The notes under the pieces are model-generated. The model did no database searches and was not told the DNA's origin. It saw only the letters and a list, made by a program, of their open reading frames with translations. 64,000 bases of DNA from Eledone cirrhosa (Eukaryota). The stretch spans positions 371,008,001-371,072,000 of the forward strand of contig OZ024740.1 of assembly GCA_964016885.1 (NCBI GenBank). The letters are read 5' to 3'. Both the position numbers and the translations under genes were made by a program. Position 1 is the stretch's first letter, and each line of letters opens with the position of its first letter. Shown one piece after another: positions 50,351-63,592 of the stretch.

Positions 50351-51505
50351 GAAATTCCATTTTGTGTCCCAAATGCAAAGTTTGGGTGCATAAAAGATGT
50401 AGTGGGATCACAGGTAAGCTAACTAAGAACATAGATTTTACATGTGGCCGGTGTTCTGGGGCAATAAGTAGCAGCAAGTGCCCACAAAATACTAGCTCTT
50501 TCAACTGCGCAGAGGGTTCTATAGAAATAGTGGACAGCTTCCGTTACCTGGGTGACAAAATCAGCAGTGGGGGAGGGTGCTCTGAAAGTACAGTAGCTAG
50601 AGTCAGAACTGGGTAGAAAAAGTTCAGAGAGCTTATACCACTATTAGCCGCTAAAGGGTTCTCCCTAGAAATGAAAGGCAGGTTGTACGATGCCTGCATA
50701 CGAACAGCAATGTTGCATGGCAGTGAGACCTGGGCATTGTGTGCAGAGGATATACGCAGACTAGAGAGAAACGAAGCTTGCATGCTCCGCTGGATGTGTA
50801 ATAGTAATATACGTGAACGACAAAGCATAAACGAACTAAGGAAAAAATTAGAAATAAGAGGGATCAGATGTTGTTTACTCGAGAGAAGGCTACGTTGGTA
50901 TGGTCACGTGATGCGCATGAAAGACGACAGCTGTATAACAAAGTGCAGGGCAATAAAGATAGACGGTAGCCACGGAATAGGCAGACCCAGAAAAACCTGG
51001 GACGAGCTGATAAACTCCGACCTCACACACTTACACCTCACCAAGACAATGTCACTGGACCGAGACCTTTGGCGGTACTCAGTAATAGAGAAGACCTGCC
51101 TTACCTAAATACAAAGTAAAGCCTACTACAGTCAGTAGGCATCTCTAACAAAATACACCCCCGTCCCACCCACCCCACCCCCACCCCATCCACACCGCCC
51201 CCTTCTATGTAAAGTTATGTTGGTGCCACACCATCCAGGCCGAAACAAATGAGATTGTGAAGGTGTCACGACAAAAAAACACACAGTCCACGCTGTAATG
51301 TGGCCATGTAGGCAACACGGTAAAAACCTCCCAGACCCACACTGTAAACGTGGTTGGTGTTAGGAAGGGCATCCAACTGTAGAAAACCTGCCAGACAGTC
51401 CTATGCGAGCAAGACAATCACTCTTGCCTCAAGTGGGAAAACCCCCGTCCAAACCCATGCAAGCGTGGAACACGGACGTTAAACGTTGATGATGATGATG
51501 ATGAT
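50350..51505 (+). mobile_element. RTE-clade LINE, 5'-truncated young copy 1 (one TGG>TAG stop at 50614-50616)
   Basis: Motifs FRYLG, AMLHGSETW, RRLRWYGHVMR, GRPRKTW; (GAT)n tail; near-identical to the 55.4 kb copy. Confidence 0.93.
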
Positions 51506-51704
51506 ATATATACACTTAGAAAATGTAGAAAATTTTGAATGCAGAAAATAACTGAACACAGTTGATTACTAAAAATAATAGGTTAGGAAATCAGGTAAAA
51601 TACCCCTATAGACAGAAAAACATACTCAGCAGCCGCTACAGAGAATCAAACTCTGTACCTATGTGTGTGTCTCTCTCTCTCTATATATATATATATATGT
51701 GTGG

Positions 51705-51740
<36 letters not shown>

Positions 51741-51831
51741 GCGCGTGCGTGCGTGTGTGCGTAGTGAAGCTGAATTTTGTAATAAATATCCAAGTAGGCA
51801 GAGCATGTAATTCAGGGGACGAGTAGTGTTA

Positions 51832-51970
51832 CATAAAAGATTTTATCGACAATACATTCTCCAAAAACATGAAATATGGCCAAACTACTGATGAGCTGGG
51901 AGAGTTTAGATCCTCCTAGTGAAATGTGTTTTCAGATAATGTATTGTTGATGCAATAAAATCTTTTATAT
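51832..51970 (+). ncRNA. decayed hammerhead motif between short inverted repeats
   Basis: CTGATGA (51888-51894), stem II GCTGGGAG/CTCCTAGT, GAAA (51921-51924); stems I and III eroded. Flanks ATAAAAGATTTTATCGACAATACATT and AATGTATTGTTGATGCAATAAAATCTTTTAT. Confidence 0.55.
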
Positions 51971-52146
51971 ATATATGAGCCTGTGTCTGGGTGAATTTAT
52001 CATTGCCCATGTCTTCATGTAGACACCAGTTAAAAAAAAAAACGATGCTATTCATATCCTGCAGAGTAGCAGTTCACTGGAAAAGATGAGTGGCATAAAG
52101 TAAAATACTGAAAAATATTTCAACTCATGCCCCCCATGGAAAAGCT

Positions 52147-52184
<38 letters not shown>

Positions 52185-52435
52185 CGGCGATGAATTAGTT
52201 TTGCGAGGTTTTTTATATGAAATCGTGTGTCGAAACAAATATTGTTATACTTGGGGAGGGTCATATTGCCAGAATTAATAACAGAACACACTCACTGTTT
52301 GGTTGGTTTCGCTTCTCGCTTCTGTGTCTTTTATATCGGTAATCTAACTTACTCGGTCCTCAATGTTGCCATTGACTGACCGACGGTCAAAAATAATACA
52401 GATACAATATAGACACAAACACATATATATAGTTT

Positions 52436-52480
52436 ATCATAAATCTTTCGTTGCACATCTGCAACATCGTCAGTGGTGTT
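52436..52480 (-). ncRNA. minimal hammerhead ribozyme at the 3' end of the Penelope-like element
   Basis: CACCA-CTGACGA-T-GTTGCA GATG TGCAAC-GAAA-GATTTA^TGAT. Confidence 0.75.
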
Positions 52481-52704
52481 ATATTTTCCTCCTGTTGTAT
52501 TGTATGTCTACGCCATTTTTATTCAGTCTGTCTATATATTTATTTATTTATTTGCTTGTTTGTTTATTTTATTTTGTCTTCTTTGCGCATGCGTTTGCGT
52601 GTGTGTATAGTGTTTTGTTTGCTGTGTGATGGGTGACTAGTGTGTGTTTATGTGCTTGTTGTTATTGTGCTTGTGTATGTATTTATTTATTTATTTATTT
52701 TATT

Positions 52705-54450
52705 TTATTTACTCATGTATACTTCTCTTAGGTCAGTGTTGTTTGTTTGGGTGTTATTGTTATTCCATTCATTCTTTCTGTTTAGCCTTGGTCTTTTAAT
52801 TTCTATTTCACTGGCCTCTCTGATTTGCCTATCTGCTGGGTCATTTCTATGTTTAGATATTATTCTAATTTCTATGTTGTCTATGTTACCGTCATGTTGT
52901 TGTCTAGCATGTTCGTATAGTACTGACCCGTTTTTTTGTCCTTTTAGTTCCCCCCAGTGTTGGTCTATCCTTTCACCTATGCTACGAGCTGTCTCACCTA
53001 TGTATGTTGTTGTCATGTTTCTGCAAGTACCCTCTGTACATCTTATGCTATAGACTACGTTTCTAGTTTTACAGTTTATCCGGGGGTTCACCTTACATAT
53101 ACATTTCCTATTGGTACAGTGGGTTTTCTTAAAAGGGTAGGTTTTGCTGATCAGGGATTTTATGGTGGTTCCTGGCTTTTCTACCACCTTTATTTTTAAG
53201 TGGGTCTTTCTCAGGGCCTTTCTACACTGGTTAGCTAATTTCCCTCCAGGGGTAGCGTTCACAAACATGACACTCTGGTATCTCTGGTTGTCGTACCATG
53301 AGGTGGCTTTCCCTATCTTATGTCTAGCCCTATCTAAGCTATTCCATGATTTGCTCCTGTATAATGGGCAAATTCCTTTCATGTCCAGTTTTATGAGGGT
53401 CTTATACTTTTCCATGGCTCCTTCGTATACTCTGACTCTGTCTCTTTGGTTGTAGCCAGAGAACTGCATGCGGTTGATGAAGTGTTGGATGTGTCTTTCC
53501 ATTTCTGTTGGGTCGCACATGCGGGACACATTCTTCATCACTCGTACCAAATCTGCGATCAGAATATTAAACTTAGCACTACTGGACATTGCTGAGTTTT
53601 TGAGTATCAGGTATTTGGAGGCCATGGGTTTAGCATAGTGTGAGTGGAGAATTTGGGCTCTCTCGTCTATAGTGTTAATCCAGAGTTCTGTGTCTAATAC
53701 AGGTAGTCTATTGTTAGGGTGTTTGGAAGGGAAGTCGATAGTTACAGTTATACTCTGGTGTATGGAATTAGCTATCTGCTGGATGCTTTCCATCGTGCTA
53801 CGTTCTAAATCAAACTTGTTAGTGCTCTCTAGTGGGGGTGTTCTTATAACTATATTGATATCGTCTACATAACGAGAGTACATGATGAGGTCTATGGAGC
53901 TCGCATTAAGGAGATCTTTAAGTCTCCTTTCCCACCATACCATGAAAAGGTTGGCAACATCACCAGCTATGCTGACGCCGATGGCTGCTCCCTCATTTTG
54001 GGTGTAGATCTTCTCGTTGAACTTAAATATGTGGCCCTTTAGGGTAGTTTTGATACTAGCCCCTATTGCATGTGCGACCATTTTTCTTACCTGATCATTG
54101 TTTTGGGGGGGTCCGTATAGCTTTGGTCCACCCAATCCACCTTCCCATGGGAGTCTTTTTTGCCATTGAGGTTATGGTGGGGGGGGGGGGGTCTACCTCT
54201 TATAGGTCTACTAGGGCAGAAACATCTAAGGTCATGGCTGTCTAGGTAGTCAGTGTCGTAGGTAAGTCTAAGTAGGAGGCCCAGTTCGTCTGTGTCGACG
54301 TCGCAGAACTCCACCTCACTCTCAATGATCATCTCCACACATCTTTTCACAGCAAAATCAATGTTAATGGATGGGTACAGTGACACCACATTCATGCTGC
54401 CTATTATGCAGTTGGATAGGCTCCTGTTTTTGTTGCACTCACTGATTCTG
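52705..54450 (-). pseudogene. PLE polyprotein (RT + GIY-YIG); frameshift near the G-run at ~54180 and D>N in RT motif A
   Basis: Motifs IGSMNVVSLYPSI (normally D), QNEGAAIG, YSRYVDDI, LPVLD, CTNRKCIC, NVVYSIRC...YIGETARSIGERIDQH, RQIREASEI...LNRKNE. Confidence 0.92.
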
Positions 54451-54680
54451 CTGATATATATATATATAGAGAGAGAGAGGGAGGGAGAGAGAGATTATGA
54501 AAACCCAAAAAAGGGGGTGGGGCCAAAACAAACAAAAAAGAAATGTTAAATAAACATGGATATTTTGCACACCCCCATCACATTCAAAACACAAAACTGA
54601 AAATCAAGTTGTAGAAATAACAGTGATACTTTATGACAGTAGTAATGCAATAAAAAATGTGTGTAAAAAGATATCCATAC

Positions 54681-54828
54681 CTCTGCATTTGTGTAATATG
54701 TGTTCCAAGCAGAACGTAACGATTCCTGACCACCAATATCCCACATTAGAAAACGGATATTCTTCCATATCACCTCTTCCACATTACTCCCAATCGTGGG
54801 AGAGGTGTGAACTACTTCATTCATCAGG
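54681..54828 (-). CDS. ARL5: ARL5 exon ([49 protein letters not shown])
   Basis: ARL5-diagnostic [12 protein letters not shown] and [11 protein letters not shown]; tttttcag|C ... GAG|gtatgg; 148 nt. Confidence 0.98.
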
Positions 54829-55405
54829 CTGAAAAATATGAAAATATATATAAACAAAATAAATTAGATATTTAAATTTGTTGGTATTGCTATTTTTAAT
54901 GTCAATTGTTAAAAGATTTATTTTAACTCAATGTCCTGTACCACATGAAACCACATTAGCAAGACATTCTTGAAAAGTACAAAGCCACCTTTATTAGTCT
55001 TCATTATTGTAAATTTTTACAATCATCTGTCCATTATAGATGTTTGAATTAACCTGTGTTTAGATATTTTCTGCTAAATCCTTAATATCTTTGCCTCAAA
55101 CAACTAAGCAAGTTGACAAGTGTGAGCTATTGCAGTATTTCAACCAGCTAGAAATTCCAGGCAAATCTCCTTCAAATTACACACCACCATCTTAAAAGAA
55201 GGTTGGGGGAGGGGAGTATAATGTAGTCCTAGATACACCATTGTTGAAAAGTATTTGATCAGTCAACTTTAAGGTAAACAACAACTAAATGTCAACCCCA
55301 TTAATGGTCATAGATATTCTTCAACAACACTGGATATTCTTGTATTTTGTACTTTTATTAATCTTTCAATTTAACACTTTCATTGCTGTATTTTTAATGA
55401 TATAT

Positions 55406-56688
55406 CCTAGAGTCAAAAGGACTTAAAATTAACCTGGCTAAGACCAAAGTACTAGTTTGTAGGAAAGAAAACAAGGCGGCGGTCCCTTCTGGGAAATGGT
55501 CGTGCTCGGTGTGTAGGAAAGGCGTAGGTAGAAACTCCATTTTATGTCCTAAATGCAAAGTATGGGTGCATAAAAGATGTAGTGGGATCACAGGTAAGCT
55601 AACTAAGAACATAGATTTTACATGTGGCCGGTGCTCTGGTGCAATAAGTAGCAGCAAGTGCCCACAAACTACTAGCTCTTTCAATTGCGCAGAGGGTTCT
55701 ATAGAAATAGTGGACAGCTTCCGTTACCTGGGCGATAAAATCAGCAGTGGGGGAGGGTGCTCTGAAAGTACTGTAGCTAGAGTCAGAACTGGTTGGAAAA
55801 AGTTCAGAGAGCTTATACCACTATTAGCTGCTAAAGGGTTCTCACTAAAAATGAAAGGCAGGTTGTACGATGCCTGCATACGAACAGCAATGCTGCATGG
55901 CAGTGAGACCTGGGCATTGTGTGCAGAGGATATACGCAGACTAGAGAGGAACGAAGCTTGCATGCTCTGCTGGATGTGTAACAGTAATATACGTGAACGG
56001 CAAAGCATAAACGAACTAAGGAAAAAATTAGAGATAAGAGGGATCAGATGTTGTTTACTCGAGAGAAGGCTACGTTGGTATGGACACGTGATGCGCATGA
56101 AAGTCGATAGCTGTATAACAAAGTGCAGGGCAATAAAGATAGACGGTAGTCACGGAATAGGCAGACCTAGAAAAACCTGGGACGAGCTGATAAACTCCGA
56201 CATCACACACTTACACCTCTCCAAGACAATGTCACTGGACCGAGACCTTTGGCGGTACTCAGTAACAGAGAAGACCCGCCTTACCTAAATATATAGTAAA
56301 ACCTACTCCAGCCAGTAGGCATCGCTAACAAAATACACCCCGTCCCACCACCCCCACCCCCACCCCATCCACACCACCCCGTTCTATGTAAAGTTATGTT
56401 GGTGCCGCGCCATCGAGGCCGAAACAAATGAGATCGTGTAGGTGTCACGACAAAAAAACACACAGTCCACGCTGTAATGTGGCCGTGTAGGCAACACGGT
56501 AAAAACCTCCCAGACCCACACTGTAAATGTGGTTGGTGTTAGGAAGGGCATCCAACTGTAGAAAACCTGCCAGACAGTACTATGCGAGCAAGACAATCAC
56601 TCTTGCCTCAAGTGGGACTACCCCCGTCCAAACCCATGCAAGCGTGGAACACGGACGTTAAACGTTGATGATGATGATGATGATGATA
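55406..56688 (+). mobile_element. RTE-clade LINE, 5'-truncated young copy 2; frame open from 55407 to 56288
   Basis: LESKGLKINLAKTKVL, then a PHD-like finger, then IEIVDSFRYLGDKI ... GRPRKTW; (GAT)n tail. Confidence 0.94.
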
Positions 56689-58204
56689 TACTGCTTATGT
56701 GTTTCAATTAATTTTGAAAATAACCAAAAATTTGGAGGAATTTAATGAAATAACTACTTTTTCACTAGTTTAGAATACTTAACACAAATTTCTAAAATAA
56801 AATTGATGGAAGGTTTTAATATTTTTAAATTAGCTGTTTCAAGCGTTTTAGACTTATAGAGGGAAATCATTTTTTCTGGCCACCTTAACAAGCATCTCTG
56901 TCAAATTCAGTTATTTCTATCACTCATTTTTACATTTGTTTCTATAAAGCTTAATGTCAAACATATGTGATTGCCAAGCATAATTGGTTTTCTGGCCACA
57001 ATGCTTGGGGTCCACTGTTTGGAACTAGCTTACCCTGTCCAACGACAGGTTCTAAGCTAACATGGTAATGTTGCTGTTTTTGTTATTTTATTTAATTTGA
57101 GAATTTCTTCCACAACTGCATGCCCTTCCATAATCTAACTACACAATTTTGAAACAAGAAATGTCAATCAAAATATATTAAATGAAATTCCAGCCAGATG
57201 CATTAAACATTAATTATGTATCCTGCTTAAGGACATCACTTTAGTTTTTATCAGGTTGTCTTTGTTTAGCCACCAAGTCAACATGAGCAATTAGCAACTA
57301 AATATCCCTTAAATCATCCTACCATCTTTTAAAAAAATAACAGGAATGACACACTGGGTTTCCAGGAGATGCCAAAGTATACAGGAGCTCATATTAGTTT
57401 TGAGAGACAATTTAAAAGTTGGTTAAGGCAATTATGTATATGTACTTATGTGAAGATTTGAGCTGTAAAAGATATATGGACCACTACTGGTTTCAATGTG
57501 AAGAGTTCTAGTTATCTGGGCAACAGAATGGCCTACTCTTTAAATTAATGTGTAAGTGGCTGAATATTCCTCAGACACATGTATGCCAAATGTAGTTCTC
57601 AAAGGTTGGCTCCGTAAATTACAGGTACAGTTAATCTGACAAGCTTCCATTTTCTGTCTACCCAATTTCACTCACAAGACTTGGGTCAATCTGAGGCTAT
57701 AGGAAAAAGGCACTTGTGAGGGATGCTATACAGCAGTGCATTCAATGAAAACTCTTCAACTGTGTATAACTGTTAGCAAAATGACAGAAGCAGTAGAGAG
57801 CAGAGCAAAATGTCTCACAATATTTAGTGTCATCTTATTACTTTCTGAACTGAAGGTTAACTGTAAATGTCATCCCTAAGTTGTTCAATAAACCACATGC
57901 CAGGTATCTAAATTAGTCAATACAATCAATCCTATCTGTAGAATATATGGATTGAAACCATACAGTGGTCAAGCTGTTGATTATTGTTGCAGTTAACTGT
58001 ACAACCCTTCCAATATAGCTATTTTACAACTAGATTAACTGGCTCAGCAAAAGTTCAGAACTTGTGACCAGAGACACAATACCAGAATACTGATGTTAGA
58101 ATAAACAAGCTCAACTAGTTTACTAGTTTGCAGATATTTCTTTGACTCAGCCAACCAGCCAAATTGAATAGAATAATTTCAGATTTTAGTTCAATGATAA
58201 AATA

Positions 58205-58645
58205 TAGCCACAAAAAAGGCTCACAGTACACCATGTAAGGTGGTTGGCAGTAGAAAAGATACCCTACTGTAGAAACCATGACAAAAAGTGTTAAGAAGAC
58301 TTTTCACTTGTGTCCAGGGCGTGACACCTTTTTAGAATTGGTGACCTACATGATGAATGCAGCTAGTACACACTGTTAAGTGGTTGGTGATAGGAATATC
58401 ATCCAGCCATTGAAAACTTGCTAAATAAAGGGATGGAAGGACTCTTCAGTTATATCAAAGACATGACAACTTCCCTAGTTCTGGTTCCATGATAAAATGC
58501 ACTTAGTAGATCACAGGAATGTATGTCAGCAAGATAAAGGGCCCCCAGCTTGTCTGAGCAATCAAAAAAGTGAGGAAAAGTAAGTAAACGAGATGCAGGC
58601 ACCTGGCCAATTAAATGAGGATGATGATGATGGTGGTGGTGATAA
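58205..58645 (+). repeat. older SINE/RTE-tail repeat, collinear with 19640-20010
   Basis: Shared GGTGGTT(G/A)GC...TAGAAACCAT...TTGGTGAC...AAAGGGAT...GACATGACA. Confidence 0.65.
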
Positions 58646-59599
58646 CAGAATTATATAAAGAGTTCTGAATGACACTGTTGCTATTATTACTTTTTTTAAT
58701 GTTTTTACTACACTTTAAACCTCACTGCTCTGTTGACTTGCCTAATTTTCTATTATTTTTTGTTTTATGTCAAACAGGTTTATTATTTCCAAGTACATGT
58801 GTCAATTATCCTGGCCTAATCTAAATACTTCCTCTTCATCTATATACTGAAAGGAGACTATAATTGTGGTTGATCAATTGGGTCAGGCAATGTGTGTGTG
58901 TGTGTCTTCATTTGACACCATCTTGTTAAACAGGTTATATTTCTCAAAGAGGGCAAAGATATTAGATTAAGTAAATATTAAATTAACCAGATTGCTAGGT
59001 TTTAGTCTTTTTATTCCCTCCTTCCCCCTTACTGATCATGCTTTTCTCATTTTGTCTTGTCTTCAAATTCACTTCAACCATTCAAAGCTAACTATACAAA
59101 CTGGCCAAACACTTTTATGTCCTTTAAAAACACATTTTGAAGGTCCATTTACAATTCCCATCACCACCATATCATTTAAAATTATTTTCTTCCATAATCT
59201 TTCTTTCTCTCTCTCAATGCCTATGCTTACAAAATTACAATTAACTATCAGAGAACTGTTTTTCACAGGTACAGCAAAGACAACCCCATCTAGGAGTTCT
59301 GCTCACACCAATTTTCTAATCTTTGGAATTATACTCCAGTGTGTATCTTATCCAAAAGAGTTATTATATATTGGTATTCTTTTAATTGCTAAACCATCAA
59401 ACCATGAAATGAAAGTAGCATATATTTTTAACATGTCTGAACCTCCCAACATCTCAATGAAACAGTCATAAAAAATAATTTCCCCTCACCTGAAGTATCT
59501 CTCCCCCTTTCATGACTACCAGTAGTTTTTCCATAAAGCCAGATAGATGTACTGTAGATTTGACCTCTTGTGTCACTCATTAATGGTCCCATATTCTTA

Positions 59600-60230
59600 T
59601 CCAAATTTAGTTACTCTGGCACCAATAAAACCTTCATGTCCAGTATAGGAACCTAGCTGAATCCTCTGCTTATAGGTTTCATCTCTATCTCATCTCTTGG
59701 AACTGAAGCTTCCTTTCTAATTGCACTATTGCAGCATAAACCAAATTGGATCTTTCTGATAGAATGCACCTTAAGGTTCAATATCTTCTACAATCTTCTT
59801 TCTGTACATTAACAACCTACTTGCTATCAATTCTAACAATGCACATGTGCACATACTTGTATATATACATGATACACAGATCTCATCCACACACATCCTA
59901 AACAGCTCACACTAAACATTTTCTAGTTAAAAAGAAACTTCTGAACCATTCTTCAATAAGAATTTGACAAACTAGTCTCTTTCAACAGCACAAAGAAATA
60001 ATCATCACATATATAAAAAAAACAGTGTTGTACCTCACACTTTCTAGTCATGCTCAACACACACCTAGACCACAAATATACTTACATAAAATTGCCAAAA
60101 CTAAATAACAAACATTAGATTTCCTATTTAGGACCAGAAAATATTTCAGCCTCTATCAGTGACTGTCACTATGGGAAAGTCCTGTTGTTAAATGCCGCAG
60201 TCACATATCACAAACAGCATCTAAAAATAG
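59600..60230 (+). mobile_element. very old CR1/Zenon-like LINE remnant
   Basis: Fragments FFLYINNLL and LFRTRKYFS. Confidence 0.4.
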
Positions 60231-63200
60231 ATTATAGTAATGCACTGGGTAATTGCTGGCCTTGTGCCAAAAGTAGAAACAATTATTCCTCACACGTGTA
60301 CTTTAAACATAATCCTCAGTGTGTGACAAGGTTGAGCTGTTGAATTACAGGTGCAGTTCATGCAATGGGCTTCTAAATAGTTTCCATCTATGAAATTTTA
60401 CTCACAAGAAATGGGTCAACATGAGACTATGGTTACTGACAATTTCCCAAGATGCCACACTGTGGGATTGAACCCTGACTCACACATGTTGCTTTCTCTT
60501 TCATCTACTGCTACTAAAGCAACCTCAGCACCTTTCAATAAGATATCCACCCAAATTCTCACACTTCTCTCCTCCAAATACCCTGTATTGAGATTTACTG
60601 TCCGGGCCCTATAAAAAACACTACACCAAAAATGTAATTGCTCTAGAACTTTACCCTAACCCTATTATTCCAGCAAATGCCATCCATCAGATGTTAGAGT
60701 TGAACATTAACTACATTGATCTCACCAGTACAACAATACTCAACAGTAATGAGTATGGACCCCTACTCTTTTAATTAACTTATAAATATATATATGTATG
60801 TATGGTCCCATAACTTGAAATACAGCATTTCTTGGACATTTTAAGCCTGGCGGAGCCCATCCATCTCCAGTCCTGAGTAAAGCAAATTTTTTCCAGAGAG
60901 AGGAAGAATCGACCTCAGTAGTAGACTGGTACTTTTTTTTTAATCGACCTCAAAAGGTTGACCACAGCAGGATTTGAATTCAGAGAGCCGGAATGAATAC
61001 CATAAAGCATTCTATCCAATGTTCTAACAACTCTTCCAATTCGCCGCCTGTAACTTATAAATGTGATAATAAAAAAATTTCAAACTTTTCTACACTATAT
61101 TAAAAGAATCTATATTGAATCAATGTTTATCCTACAATATAATAGAACACCTTTCATACCAACAATAACAACAACAATTGATAAGTTTATCTTTTGATTA
61201 GTTATATATACACTCATACAAACACTTGTTTACATATTTATATACCCATAGTTACATATATCTGTATAGCCATGTATTTTGATGGCCCAAAGACAAATAA
61301 AAGGAGAATGTTGTTGTTTGGTCCCATGCCAGCTCTGATCAAGCATATCTATGATATTCTGTTTCTTTTGTTTTTTAACCCTTTTTATACCAAACCACCT
61401 GAAACTGCCCCTAGTTCTAAAGTGTTCATCACCACCACCATTTAACATCTATTTTCCCTGCTTGCATGGGTTAGACAGGTTGTCATATAATGAGGTTAGC
61501 CATGTTAGGTGACCACATCTTGTCCATACAATCTGTTTTAGGCTTGGTTTTCTACTGAATGATGCCTTTCCTAATGCCAACTACATTACAACATGTACTG
61601 CATGCTTTTTGGCGTGGCACTTTACGACCCTCTTACAGGTTGGACTGAGTGCTTTTTTTCGTGGCACAAGCATTGAGAGAAAGCAAGTGTGGTGTGCATC
61701 CAGCTTTTCATGCAAGCATGGGTTGAACAGGTAAGGTGTATCAGGGGTGTGGAAGTGGGAAGGGGAGTACATTATCGTCTTTGTTATAAACATCTATTTC
61801 CCACTCCCACCTGGGCCAGAAAAGTTGTCACACTCTGAAACTAAGCCGGATTGGAGACCATTGTTTTTGTTTTGGCATGGCTTCAATGATCAAATGCCTT
61901 TCCAGACTCCACCCAAGTATTTTATCATGGTACAAGGTGAACTTTGCATGTTGGCATAGGTTGAGCTGGGCTAGGATGGGAGTTGAAGGTGGGGGATGCT
62001 TTTCCATGCTGGAAGGAGTTGGACGAGCATAAGAGGGGGACTGATTTTCCATGCTAGCAGAAGTTGTTGAATGTGCAAGGTGGAGATGGAGGAAGTGAGC
62101 AGATAAATACTAAGGTGAAATACATAGATAAAGGGGGATAGGGGAATATGCAAGATAGAGACATTTATCTAAAAGCTTTCCACTATAATTTCATGTAAAA
62201 ACCTTTAAATTATATTTCAAACACTAGCTTAATGATAAAGTTAGTAGTATTGAAAAATCCCTCCAAATTCTTGATTATATGAAAATTATAGCCAGTGATG
62301 TCATTAGAATTTTAATGAAAGGGTTAATACCATTTAACTCAATGCCCTCAAGTCACCTCATACACACTAATCTTTATCTGATGCTCTTTGTACCAACCAC
62401 ATAACAATTAATCTTGTTGGGTCCAAACTATGAACTTCAGTAAATAAGATATATGTGTGTATATATAATCTAATTATAGTATGGATCCGCTTTTCCGTGC
62501 TTGCATGGGTTGGACAGGTCCTTTTCAGCACAGCATATCTCCACACATTGCAATCTTTCATCAGCTCCACTGTGAGTTTCAGCGATTTAAGATCAGCTCT
62601 CATCCTCTGTCCAGGTCTTCCTTGGCCTTACTTAAAATTAAATTAATGGCTACAACACACATTTTTGACTAGGAAAAATATTTTATAAATTGGGCATATA
62701 AGCCCTTGGAAATAGGAAAAAGTTGACAGCATCACCCATAGGACTCAAACTCACACTTACTGAATACAGTGCTGCTGAGCTTCCATTACACTAGAGGTTA
62801 ACCACTCACTCCATTCTGTTTTTAAGCTTTTGTTAGGATAAATGTTTTTTGTTTTACAGCTGGATGTCCCTTTCTATCATTAATTGCTCAACTGAGCAGT
62901 AAGAAAGGGACTATTACATAGTCACTCAACTAAACTAGAGTAAGAAGAGTTGTGTGTCTTATTTATATATGCAACACAATGGCTATAGTAAGATTTGAAA
63001 TGACTGCTATTCTTTTATTCTTTTACATGTTTGTCATTTAGTCGATCATGTTGATCCTAGTGCTTATTTTTTTCAAGCCTTGTATTTATCTTACTAATCT
63101 CTTTTTGTTGAACCACTAGTTACAGGACGCACATACACACATATATATAAACAGGTTTATACCATTTCCATCATCCAAATTGCACTCACAAGGCATTGGT

Positions 63201-63483
63201 TAATGTGAGGCTATAGTGGAAGGCATTTGCCCAAAATGCCAACTTTATGTTTTAAGTTAGTTAGAAGAGGAGTGACATTGCCCATGACCTTTGAAGCCCC
63301 ACAGTTTGGTGAGATTTGTGCAGAATGGTATGGCTAGTAATGCAGCACATCAACCCCTTTGTTGCTGTATTTCTAATGAAATACACTGCCAAAGTGTATC
63401 AATTAATTTTGGAAATTTGAAGAATTTAATGAGATAAGCCCTTTCATCAGTAAGCTGATGTTTGAAACATTATTTAACAAAAA

Positions 63484-63592
63484 ATCCCGCCGTGGTTGAC
63501 TTTGCCTTTCATCCTTACGGGGTCGATAAAATAAAGTACCAGTAATGCACTGGGTAATTTGCTGGCCTTGTGCCTAACGTAGAAACAATTAT
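63484..63592 (+). repeat. 5'-truncated tRNA-derived SINE inserted in a MITE
   Basis: Core motif present; flanking duplication ATTATTTAACAAAAAAT. Confidence 0.8.

Larger units (their letters stand above)
52430..54453 (-). mobile_element. Penelope-like retroelement (Neptune-type), 5'-truncated, in an ARL5 intron
   Basis: RT plus Cys-rich linker plus GIY-YIG ORF, with a terminal hammerhead; both ends abut (TA)n. Confidence 0.92.

Noticed and set aside
52183-52410. another hammerhead (CGATGA...GAAACAAATATTGTT)
   Set aside because: No CTGANGA box or convincing stem II; probably the end of an unidentified repeat.
54546-54857. 103-aa single-exon small GTPase ORF
   Set aside because: Only 54681-54828 is exon; the rest is intronic read-through bounded by canonical splice sites.
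58992-59471. 159-aa ORF
   Set aside because: TTG start, no recognisable motif or splice context, adjacent to decayed LINE sequence.
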